DNA of 55,949 nt, the filler included, from Sphacelaria rigidula (Eukaryota), in the NCBI GenBank assembly GCA_964200075.2. It is 4 parts of 4 records of this genome, joined end to end, with 100 filler letters (N's around TTAATTAATTAA, not from the genome) between each part and the next. Parts side by side here need not be neighbours in the genome. Positions count along the whole stretch, not along the records: positions 28,029 to 41,939 come from CAXNAA020002594.1; positions 42,040 to 55,949 come from CAXNAA020002595.1; 2 more parts are not named here. One strand, written 5' to 3'. The notes beneath the pieces were generated by a model, which made no database searches, was not told the DNA's origin, and saw only the letters and a list, made by a program, of their open reading frames with translations. Below are positions 40,575-52,600 of this stretch, piece after piece; the first letter of the stretch is position 1; each line of letters opens with the position of its first letter. Both the position numbers and the translations under genes were made by a program.

Positions 40575-41525
40575 TCACAGAAACTTGGAACGTCGATGTG
40601 CTTTGGTAATGAATCTTCGATAAGTGTGGTGATACTTTGGGGTATTGAGTGCGAGCATACGGTGCGGGCTAAACTTGACAGAAGGCCCTAAAATCTCCCA
40701 AGGACCTAAATGCTCGTGCTCAATTTCTTCTTGGTGACTCTGATTGGCTGACCCGAAAAAACGAAATCAATACTCGTAGATCAAAAGCTGAATAACCAGG
40801 AGGAAGCGGGAGGCTCGCCCCCCCCCGGTGAAGATTCATTTGAAAGATTCGAGACATCTCGAGATTCAAAATGTAACGGTTTACTGTATTTGAACTTTTG
40901 ACAGTAGGGTCGGCTCCGCGATCCAGAACAGAAACGTATTACCACTTCTGGGTGAACGCTGTCCTGTAGCTGTGGACAGATATCTAAGAAATTTTGTGGG
41001 GCGTGAGGAGACCCTTCCTCGCTGCCAGCGTGCATGTCATCCTGAGATATCGCTACGATACCCGACAGCTACTACCGCCTTATTACACTCGCTATCTACA
41101 TGTCTGGCTTGGCCGGGCGGTGGCTAGATTCGGTGAGCAAACCTCGAGGATTTATGCACTCTGCTCGAAGACATCTCGAAAAAGGGGAGGGGCAGTGCCA
41201 TGCATGTGTAGCATGACCTCGGCCAATCGGTAGGTACCCCTCGTTGACTCAATGTCTGTTGTTGCGGTTGTCTTCCTCCATGCCTGGATCGATCTCTATC
41301 CTGCAGACGTAGTCCTGGCCAAGTACTCGCCATCATACTCGTCATTCCACAGTCGGATGTTACCAGCTCGCCATGAAGGTGGCCGTACACATTGGTGGGC
41401 AAATCATGGAAATACCCTGCGGTCAAGGGAAACAGGTACTGTACAGGCTTTAGCTTCGTATGCGCGCATAAGGTTTAGCTTAATTTGGGCTTTTGGAGCT
41501 TGAAATAAGCCTTTTTTTCAAAAGC

Positions 41526-41631
41526 TTAACCCTTAGACGGCTACAGTAGGTCATCCGTTGAATTGGCATCAATTTCACTTGAAAAAGTATGCATGATCCA
41601 GGTAAGACTACCCTCGCGGTCTAAGGGTTAA
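41526..41631. mobile_element. Intact 98-bp piggyBac-type MITE with TTAA TSD
   Basis: TTAA-CCCTTAGAC...GTCTAAGGG-TTAA. Confidence 0.9.
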
Positions 41632-41939
41632 GGCGAGCATGACATTTCTGACGAGCTTATAATGTGCTTTAAACGAGCATAAAGTTGCGATAAAGTTTTA
41701 TGCGCCGCCTCCAGCGATCGCAGCAGCTGTCTGAAAGTGCCCCTTGTGGCCTACAGCGTGACGAGTGATTCGTCACCCGTCACCAGACAGGCTTCAATAC
41801 TCCAAACTGCCACGGTTGCGGGTCTGATCCAGAAACGTTTAGCTGTATATTTCTTATGCGTGATACTTTCAGGGTTAGGACAAATCATCACGACTCAAAA
41901 TCACCAAATTCACGATTTCTTCGGCCTGATTGCCCGAAA

Positions 41940-42039
41940 NNNNNNNNNNNNNNNNNNNNNNNNNNNNNNNNNNNNNNNNNNNNTTAATTAATTAANNNNN
42001 NNNNNNNNNNNNNNNNNNNNNNNNNNNNNNNNNNNNNNN
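41940..42039. other. Assembly gap/linker
   Basis: 100 nt N with central TTAATTAATTAA. Confidence 0.98.
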
Positions 42040-42903
42040 GAGTACGCCCGCCACCCCCCCCCCCCTCCCCCTCCCCCCTCCCCCTTCCCCCTCCCCCCTC
42101 CCCTCCCATCCGTCCCGGAGGGCAATGTTTTGAAGATTGTCGTGATTTTTCCATTTTTTTGTTGAAATTGTTTACAGAAATTGATAAACAAACACTGACA
42201 AAAACCGAAGAGTCCGGCGGGCTTTGCGAGGTTCGTATGTTTGCTTTCGCTCCTTGCCCACCCTGTCCCGATGACCTCGGATGCCGGCGACTCTCACACA
42301 CATCCATGTACAACACACGCGCACGGTAGCGACAGCCGGTAGCCAAAGTGGCAACATTATCTCACGCCTCGCCAAATTTGCCCGGACAAGTGGTAGGTAG
42401 TCGAGGCACACGACACAGAACATGATACCATAAATTCAATCATGGAGGAGCGGTGTGTCCGTCATCTCAGCGGTCTCCATGCCAAGGATCTCTGTACATG
42501 GCAGCTGAACGCATCCGCCAACGCCTCGGCGATGAACTAGGGGACAGCAGGCTGGGTGCCCCCCCCCTCAAAAAGTCGAATTTTCGATCTTGGGGTCAGC
42601 CTACGTCTCCCGAATTGTTTTTGTCAGACCCTTCGTTGGTGAGTCCCTGTTTTTGTGGAATTACACCCCCCTTATCGTAGCAACTTTGTTCAACGCCCGC
42701 ACGAAAGAGGCCCTTGCCACGCGCATGGCACGTCACATACTCTTCGCGCATACTATTGCGTTAACTTTGAACACACCGGCCGTCACACCAACCAACCGTC
42801 AGAGGAAATCGTTGCGCAAGTGCGCCGTGGCCTATACACGCATGGAACACGCTAAAGCGATCTATTTCACAGTATAACGGAGTATTGACTCAGGGAAGAG
42901 TCA

Positions 42904-43576
42904 TGCTTCGGTAGGGGTGCACAAATATTTTCTGAGGTTAGAATTGTTTGGAGCCCTTCGTCTCATGCAAATAAACACGACCTATGGAAATATGTGAAAG
43001 CACGCCAGGATTACTACTCCAATGTGCTGGGGATATCCCGAATGAAATTGCAAACGGGGATGCGCTGACGCATATTTTTGTGCATCTAGAATCGTTAGGA
43101 GCCCCTGAACTAGACATTATTTCGCGAAAAAAGTGCACCCCTACGGTAGCATTGCTCAGAAAAAGTGTGCAACTACCTCCGCCGAACCACGAGCTGGGCC
43201 AGCCCAAGAACGGATTTAAGCTCTCACACCAATATCTCATCGATTAAGAAGACGAATTGGGCTGAGATCCGCACATCTTGTTGAATGCTCAATGAAGGGG
43301 CAGATGCCGAGTGGTGCTACGGTAGGAGTGTACAAATATTTTCTGAGGTGAGACTTAATTGCCAGGAGCCCTGTATCTCATCCTCAACACCAGTTATGAA
43401 AATATTATGTGGAGTACGCCCGGAGTACTGTACCATTCCAATGTGCTGGGGATATCCCGAATGAAGTTGCAAACGGGTATGTCCTGACCCATTTACTTGC
43501 GCATCATGAATCGTTAGGAGCCCCTGAACCAGACAAAATTTCGCGCAAAATGTGCACCCCTACCGTAGCATTGCTC
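42904..43576. mobile_element. Two copies (42904-43157, 43315-43576) of a ~250-bp MITE-like element with TGCTACGGTAGGGGTGCAC inverted ends
   Basis: Inverted ends and shared internal CAATGTGCTGGGGATATCCCGAATGAA; further copies at 55482 and 55881. Confidence 0.8.
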
Positions 43577-43579
43577 TGC

Positions 43580-45590
43580 CCGTCTGCTCTACAACCTGGG
43601 GATTATTTCGTCGTTGGCTCAACGCCTTGTCACGTAAATCCTGTCACGTGCGGAAATATGGTGCATATCAAAGTCTGCACGGAACTCCGAACGATATGTA
43701 TAGCGGATGACATGATTTTTGGTGTGAACATTTCCTGGAGCACTGGAGTACGTGGAAAAGATGTATAGTCTCACCTCTACTTGACCTGTCATTCATCTGA
43801 GTATATGGTGCCAATAATATTCGGCACTAATTTCAATATATTACGAGCAGGGGCACGACATGCACTAATAATCTGGGGTTCTCGCCGCACTCTTGCACGC
43901 ATCGAACAACGAACCCATCATAAGTTGTGTGAATATTACTTCTTTACTAGCGTGTACTGAATCGGATCATGAGCTAGTTCATTCGTTCACTTCCCCCGTG
44001 TGCTCCCCGCCTACAACGCTGTATTATGGATATTTTGGTTGATACCCTTGCCGCATCAATCAGCAGCAGTTGCCCCGCATACGTTACATTCCAACAGATA
44101 CATGCGATCCACGATACACACAAGAGTAGTGCTACTAACATTGACTAGTACTGGACATGCACCAACATTTCCATAACACGCTGGACACCGAGAACGCGGA
44201 GTAGCGCAAAGGTGGAACCTGGACTGCTCGGACCCTGCTTTCGCGTATTCATTCAGTATTTGGACACGGGATCTGAGAGTCCTCTCCGATTCGTCAGTGA
44301 TTTGAGATGCTATTAGCAATTCGATGAACTAGGCGCTGAAATTTTGATAATGTGATTTTCATCATCGACTCGCGCAACATTATTTGGGGGTACAGAGGAT
44401 TAACGGGGGATGATAAAAAATTGTTTCAGCTCCGCAGTGATATTTACTTGTAAGTTCACAACGTTTCCGTGGGAAGTTTACTCTCTCTTGGCCCTCAACT
44501 TGGTGTCTCCGACTTTCTTGTGGAGCTGCCTTCAAATTTTAGTGTGGGGAATCTCAAGGGTATCAAAGAAGATAAAACCGGGTTGTCTGTGATTCCGTTC
44601 TCACGAGTCGACAATATCCTCGTGAAGAAGTCATCTTTGTTATGTTAGAACGTACTTCATTCCAGACAAGACATGACGCCACAGATTTTGTTGCACTTGT
44701 CCTTGCGACTCTCCACATTGGTTTGGAAGCACAAGTGCCCACACGTGGGACGGATGATCGGTTTGTCCATTGCTTTTCCCTAGTACCCTGATCCGCACCG
44801 TTTGACCCCCCCTCTACACCGCGGTATGCCGAACACGCATAGCGCAAAGATTGCGCTTTGAATTCTCCAATTCCGGTCACACATCTCATGTTTTTGGACC
44901 AGCGGATTCATTAGTTATTCCAGGATTATCATCGTGTGTTCGGCGCGTGCAGTCGGGTGTCAAAACTGGGCTGGTGAATAGTTTACGAACTCCAGGGATC
45001 TCATCTCAGTTCCGAGGATTGCAACTCGCAGTTCAATATGGAGAATCGATGGAGGTTTAGAGAGGACGTAATTCCCCACCAAAGTCCTTGTCCACGATCG
45101 ATCGGGTACATCATCTCAAAAACTGGATATTTCCGTGTCCTAGACTCGTGGAAAACCATGCATCAGTGCAGGAAATCTGCCTTCCGTGTTTCAACTCGAC
45201 GAGTTCTTCACCACTTCAATTGCAAATCTCGAAATAGAAGTGAGAAACATACTCCGACGTCAAGATCCGCTCGTAGCGACGGAAGTTTTGCTACTGCAGG
45301 CTCTTCGACTGAAACTTCGAGTGCTGCCTGCGCAGCTCGCTCCCCCCGCTGATCGTTCTTCTACTCTGAAGATAGTCCGAGCGCTCGCGCGACCGCCAGG
45401 TGACGAAAGCTCGGTAGCTTGGATCGATCAGCGTGCTCTGTCCAAGATCTTTGGTGTTTGCTGTTGCAGCAGCGTCGACTTGGTTCGGGCCAAACCACCA
45501 GAACTGAACCGCGAACGGTGCAGGTGTGAAGGGCTGGACTTGGATTGGAGGGCCATGACCAAGACCCTTCCGTGAATCCAACGGGCTCGA
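43580..45590 (-). mobile_element. Possible very old retroelement remnant
   Basis: Coding-like but stop-riddled sequence with vestigial Cys/His knuckle near 44690-44720; no firm motif. Confidence 0.25.
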
Positions 45591-45775
45591 GATTGTCGGG
45601 GGGGGGGGGGGGGGGGGGGGGGAGGCGCGGGGGGGGTATAAGAAGGGGGGGGGGGGGGGGGGGGGGGGGTTTTTCCAAAAAGGTGGGGAGAGATGNNNNN
45701 NNNNNGGGGGGGGGGTGGGGGGGGGGGCGGGGGTGGTGGGGGGCGGAGCGCGCCCCCCGAGGTCGCGGGGTGGGT

Positions 45776-45820
<45 letters not shown>

Positions 45821-46667
45821 ATATAGACGCTCGAGGATATATCAAGGGATCAGGGTGTGTGGGGCAGGGTATTTTCAACATCGATGTGAAGAGTCGTAAT
45901 TTGATGACTAAAATTTTGGTCGAGTAGTCAAATTGAACTCAATTTATCCGAAATTCGGGTGGAGTAATAAAAGAGCCCCCAAGTGATACTCGTACTCGAT
46001 ATTCGCCGGGGTGGCGCTGAGAGTACTTCAATTTCTGGGTGGAGCGGTGAGGTCATACTTCACACCCGAGTGTTGCTGAAAGTATTTGCTCAATGTTTGA
46101 GTGGAGAACTGGTATCATACCGGACTCTACCGAATAGTTGGATAGACTTTTGGCATGATACACAGCTTCATCCACTGTTGGGGGAGAGCATTAAACCATA
46201 CTGTACTCGAACTCAACCCAATATTCGAGTAGAGTATTTTGGGTCGTACACGATCTGCCCGGGACTTGGGCAGAGTACATACTCAGAAACCATCCCCGGG
46301 TGCTGAAGAAAAGAGTGTATACCCCACTCCATACCGCCCTTGGAAGTACACGCCAAGAACAAAGTGAACGCGAGGGTATGTCGGTGTGCGCATCTCATCG
46401 CATCACAGTCAAGAGTACATCGAGTCACGAGTCTCAAGCCAGTTTGATTGCATCACTACAGAGGCATCAGAGCATCTGCTTCAATCAGCACACAGTAGAA
46501 TCGCCCAGCCCACTACGAGTCCTACAGGTACAATACTGCAGGATCCCAGTGCACTAGCGGTGGGGGCAAGTATGGAGTGAGATGCCAGGCGCATAATGCA
46601 CCCCCAAACTAGCAGATCACTCTACCCCGCCGTTCCCGACTACATGCTAAAACAAAACACATGGGGT

Positions 46668-49600
46668 TTAATCGTCTCCGCGAACTACCGCGCCGGCGAT
46701 ACGGTCCAGATCCTGTTGGCCCACGCGAGTTACCTGCCGTCCCCCGTTCTCCATCTTTTCCACTACCTGTGGGTGTTGATCCCGTAGCGAAGACACGTAG
46801 AAACGCAGGAGGCGTGGCGAAGCGGGGAGGGGGGGGGGGTAGTTTCAACCAATTGAGTGCCAAATGCCGTTGATATGGTCTCATGTACTACTGGTCGTTT
46901 AGTGAACGTACACGATAATAGGATCGGACACCACGGATTTCACTCCTCACGACTGTACGTCGCCTTTGAGGAGAGAGGGAAAAAACTTCAGCCAGAGTCG
47001 GATATATTTTCATGCATGAAGATGGATGGCGGGAGCCATATGTTCAATCAGCACACATTCCTCTCGTGGTATAAGTGATCCATATGGACTACACTCGCGG
47101 TCTATGGGTCAAGATTAGTTCGTGACCTTGCTCACGAAGGCGGTGTAGAAGCTTGGGGGTTGGGAGCAATTTATAAGAACCTCGAGATGAGAGTAGGCAA
47201 CTGTTGACCAGCAGCGCACCGAGTCGCGACGACAGTTGGAAGATTACACGGTTAGGACAAATCATCATGACTGAAAATCACCAAATTCACGATTTCTTCG
47301 GCCTGATTACTCAAAAGGGAGAAAAAAGTTGATCGCTGGTCCGAGGTGTATCCACGCAGCTTTTGCGCCATACCACGTGTCTGGGGTGCGTCTACCTGGG
47401 TTACAACGCTGAATTAAAGCCTGGGGATTGATTCGTCACGAGTCGACTCATCATACCAGAACCGAGTAATTCTCAGACGAATCATTGTTTGTTTGACCCT
47501 TGGAAGATTACAAGCGACACACGGCGACTCATGGTTGTGGGCATGCAGTCAATGATTCCGCACTATGGCGTCAACAAGGTGTCAACGGCAGCATGGGTGA
47601 TTCTCGACTCTGGTCATCATCCCACCCGCTGGAAATTTCATTCGTGATGACTAATTTCGGATCACAAGTAGGTCCAAGTAACACGAATTGATGACAGTCA
47701 CGATTACAATAGGAAGAGCAGGCAGTCACCGTTACAAGTAATCGGCGTTTGGAAAAAGCCAACATCCAACATCGTTAGTTTACGCGACGCTTCCGACGAC
47801 ACTCAGAATGAGTAGGAGGTTATTGTTTCATAATCATTTCATGAGTCATACACCAGAAACTTCATCACAGCATAGTCGGAAGTGACGAGACCCACATTCG
47901 CATACCTAGCGTAAGCATACATTCACCAGATTTGGTCTCCACAGAGCATTATTTCGCGCTGAAAACGGTTTTTTGCAACAGAAACTAACGAATTCAATGT
48001 GAACAGTGATTTTCACGATCATGTATCAACAAAAAAACAGATTACAAGTTTGCACTACGGTTCCGAAGACGCTCAGAATGAGTAGGAGGTTCTTGTTTCA
48101 TAATCCTTTCATAGATCATACACCAGAAACTTCATCACAGCATAGTCGGAAGTGACGAGACCCACATTCGCATACCTAGCGTAAGCATAACTTCACCGGA
48201 TTTTTTCTCTACAAAGCATGATTTCGCGTTGGAAACGCTTTTTTGCAACAGAAACTAACGAAATCAATGTGAACAGTGATCTTCACGATCATGCATCAAC
48301 AAAAAAACTGATGACAAGTTTGCACTACGGTTCCGAAGACGCTCAGGATGAGTAGGAGGTTCTTGTTTCATAATCCTTTCATAGATCATACACCAGAAAC
48401 TTCGTCACAGCATGGTCAGAAATAACGAGAGACACCCGCATGTCATACTTGGTGCTACTCTTTGACAGGCCTAGGTCAGGAGAAATTGTACCCGTCATTA
48501 CTTATTTCGGTAGAAAAAGTACGTCTGCGTAACAGGATGTGATAACAATTCATGTCACAATAACACCAGCACTGTGTGGGCAGCAAGTTTTACAACCATT
48601 CGACACTGGGAAAAAGTCAACATCTAACATCGTCAGTTAGAGAAACGCTTCCTTTGACGATCAGAATGAGTAGGAGTCACCTGTTTTGCAATCCCATGTG
48701 ATCCAAGAGAAGACCTCATCGCAGCATAGTCGAGAGTGACAACACTTACATTTGCCATGCCCGGTGCGAGTCCAATCTCCCCGAAAGCTTTCTCCGCAAA
48801 CCATGATTTTGCGCCGAATACGCTCGTTTGTAACACTAACGTATCATCATGAAACAGTGCGATAAGTGACCTTCACAACCGTGCGACATGAGAAAAAATA
48901 AACAGATGACGAGTTTGCAATGCGCTTCCGACGACGCTCAGAATGAGTAGGAGGTTCTTGTTTCATAATCCTTTCATAGATCATACAACAGAAACTTCAT
49001 CACAGCATAGTCGAAAGTGATGGAAAACAATCGCACAAGTCATACTTGGTGCTCCTCCCTTACAGGCCTACTGTCGGGCCAAATGGCTCGCAACCGCCAA
49101 GTCCAGCAAAACTGGTGCGGAACCGCACTTGTCCAACTGGCTCGCCAGGACACCGCATCAACATGACATAATTTGCAGGGACCCCTACACACAGCGACGC
49201 ACTCACGCCACAGTAACTTTCCGAAATCGCTTGGAATGGGTTGAGGATTCTCGCTCGATGGTCCCCTGATGGACATCGATGCACCCACAAACTCCTTCAT
49301 AGCAAAACTTGTTTCGCATGTACAACAGAGCTCACCATTCGCCAGCAAGATCCAACACGACCCACGTGGAAAAGACCAAACCGACGACGAATGAGACGAC
49401 CGTACTCATTCCATCAGTATACCGTGCACGATTTCATTGCACCATGGTGACGTCTTCAGAAGCGCTCGGGATGAGCATGAGAAGAAAATACTTCAATGAT
49501 CCTTTCATGTCATACAAGAAGGAATGTTGTCCCAGCGCTGTGGAATAACTCGAGTTGACGTGTCCTAGACCATGTATATGTAGTTTTATATTCTGACGGG

Positions 49601-52600
49601 TGATATTTTCAATCCACCCTCCAAAACATCGAACCCAGAAAAAGATCTACTCGCCGTGTGCACTCGTCGGCAGATCCAGGACAAATAGACAACCCTACCC
49701 GTAGGTGACGTTCGAAGGAACTGTTACAGGTGAAGGCGTAGCTGTGCCAAGTCATCTCAAAATCAAGTTGAAATGAATGAAGGTTCATATTTCGCTTTTT
49801 TTTTTTCCAAATCATAAAAACAAAACATCACAGGACCACACGAAGAGAGAAAGTGAAGTAGACACGTCACCGAAAAATAACATGCATCCGGCCACCAACG
49901 CAAACACAGGACACAACTATTCGGGGGGGGGCGTACTCATTTGTTGCTTGCCTTGGTCGTGTGACCAGTGACAACTATTTGGGGGTGCACAGCGACAAAT
50001 TATAAGGTTCCGCCTTACAGCCGGCCAAAGAGGGTGCTCAGAATGAGTAGGAGGTTCTTATTTCTTAATCCTTTGGAGGTCATAGAAAACAGAACTTCAT
50101 CACTGCACCTCTATCGGCCGAAGTTCCCGCTCACACCTTGGCAGTGAAGTTTACAGGCTAGGAGTTCCATGCCCTCATGTTTTCGACACGGGCATTTCAA
50201 TCAATCGCTGAAATGAGGGATACCTCGGAACCCAGCACCACTGCAGTTTCCACTATGAGCGCAACACTATATCGAACAATCTTCACGACCCCAGTAAAAG
50301 TGGTCTTTCGATAGAGCAGTCACCGTCGCGCGATCGGACGGAAGGATATATACCACACAGAACCGAAGACCCGATCATCACCGACGGAAACCTATCACTA
50401 CAGTACCAGCACCGAAAAACATACCTTGAGCGACTCAAGCTGTTGGAGTACATGACGGATGATGCCGGTGGCCGCCGGCTTGTGGGTGTTGGTCATAGTC
50501 CCCCTGCGTGCCTTGGTGCCGAACGCCTTGCTCAATCCACCAACGCCGCGCCCCGGACGCAAGTACACCTTCCGCGCGATCGCCGCTGGACGGCAACAAA
50601 AACACGGAAAAAAATCGAAGTTGACGGTTGCTCTCAGAGACTCAAAGATGCGCTCTCACGACAAGGAGAGAAGATCAACGCTTCGAGTGGGAGGGCGTCT
50701 TTTTTTGTCCTGTATGCTCCCCTCCCCCGTGTTTTTTTTCCTCGGTGAATACTTGACCATGCGAAATGTAGATACTTCGGACGATTGCGGACTACGTTTT
50801 TTTACGAGAAGATCTGCCACGAGTCCCAACTATTCCGCGAAACATGGAGATAGGGTGAATGAGGGAACACTACAGCAGGACCCTCGGGCACAGTGACGCT
50901 TTTGCTCATGCTCAACCAACCATTAGACGACGAGCGTCGCCTCGGAACAGTTGTACATACTGACAGTCCAAAGACATCCGAGGTTTCCAAAGCTCGGACG
51001 GAAGGGGGGTGTCTTTCCGCGGAGCATCGGAGCTCACCGAGTCTAGGATGTGTGTTTGGGAGTTTCTCGCGGAGAATCATGAGCCGTGCCCGAGGCCCGA
51101 GAGGCGAGGGATGCCCATTCCTAGCAATCTCGGTCCTCGAAATGAGCACCCAAGTCCTGTTAGAGATGGACAGCTGGTAGACACCTTGACCGTCTACTCT
51201 CGAGTCTCCCTTTACTCATGTCATACATGAGCCACAGATTTCATCACCAAAAAACAGGTGTTCAAGCATCTTTGTTACACTGTCTGTTCAGTACTGCCTG
51301 AGCGTCCTACTAGCTTCACGGCTCCATCTGGTGCAAAACGTCGTGGCGCGGCACGGGGGCGGCGCGCACGAGTATCCTATGCACGTAGATGTAGGCGAGT
51401 ACTTCGACAGCGAGGCGACCGCCATCGACGAGCAATTGCTCCACGGTAGCCAGGGGCGTTCGCAGCGGTAAGTCATGGTGCGATATCCAAACGCTGTACT
51501 CGGCACGTTCAATACTGAAAGATCCAGTACGCTGCAGACCGTACTTGCAGCCGCGCCACGATCAACAACAGACTGCACGGCAAAAATATGCGGCGTAATG
51601 GTGGGGTGGTCGATAACCAAATCGCCGTCGTTGTTATGACTCTCACAACTATGTGCCTCTCATGCATCCCCGGTCCCTGCCGCAGTAGAGTAGGCGTTTT
51701 GGGCTGTGGCGAAGAAATGATTTCAAACTTCAAAAGTGGAGTGTCTACCTCAGTCTACATGCCGGCGGGGGACGCTGTCCAAGGGCCAACAATGAAATCA
51801 CAGCTTCGCAATATTTCCAACCAGCCGAGTTCGGGTTTTGTCTGAGTCTAGCGCGTGCTTGGGCAACGTTTATAATAAGCGTTTGTGCCCTGTACACGTT
51901 TCCATCTCGCTGGCTTTGCCGCTGACCAGCACAAAAGCGAGGTTGCGTACATGTCGGCGATTACACAAGAGCTACTTGTAAAGTGCGCAAACACCATGAG
52001 GAGATAGCACGAGCCGCATGCGTCGCGATTGCCCAGGGCTGCACTCTTTGGTACTCACAGAGGCCCTGCCGTTCCCGCCAAGACGGTTTTCAACCCCGAA
52101 AGGACGAAACATGAGGCTTACTGGTGTACAGGCGCGGGAGGAGCATTTCACAACTGCAATGCTACCTTCCGCAGTCACGATGTTGATAGTGTGTTGGTCA
52201 TCAAAACCCATCTCCGGCATTTCGGAAACGCTATGCAATGTGTCTCATGGATCACGATTTCCCCCTCCCCTCCACAGTTTTTACATGTTGACTACACGAT
52301 ATAGCGTATTTTCACAGCATCGAGGCAGCCACAGGTAGCACATTCAAGGCGTAAAACTGGCCTGCCGGCCGTGGTATTGCTGAGAATGATACAGCAAGGT
52401 GTGCTCGAAATATTTGGGGGAAACCACATCAGCAGCTTGCGCGTGAGACAACCGGTGATCGTGTTCACGATTCCTACGACGGCATTCCCACGTCACGTAC
52501 GATGCATATGCTCCGATTTCAAGAAAAGAGGCGATTTTACACATGAAAACACTTTGTCTCTTACCATCCACGGCTGCACCAGCGAAAGAATCACACGACG

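Noticed and set aside
45545-45927. Poly-Gly/Pro ORFs
   Set aside because: Low-quality poly-G tract containing Ns
47790-50109. CRISPR-like array or repeat-protein ORF (period 270 = 90 codons)
   Set aside because: Eukaryotic context, spacers are homologous to each other, no cas genes, no long ORF in the track; C/D boxes explain the conserved core
50443-50896. Plus-strand ORFs of 101-145 aa
   Set aside because: Antisense shadow of RPS19 coding exon 2
51241-51247. Isolated GTGATGA C box in the RPS19 intron
   Set aside because: No CTGA D box within snoRNA distance downstream
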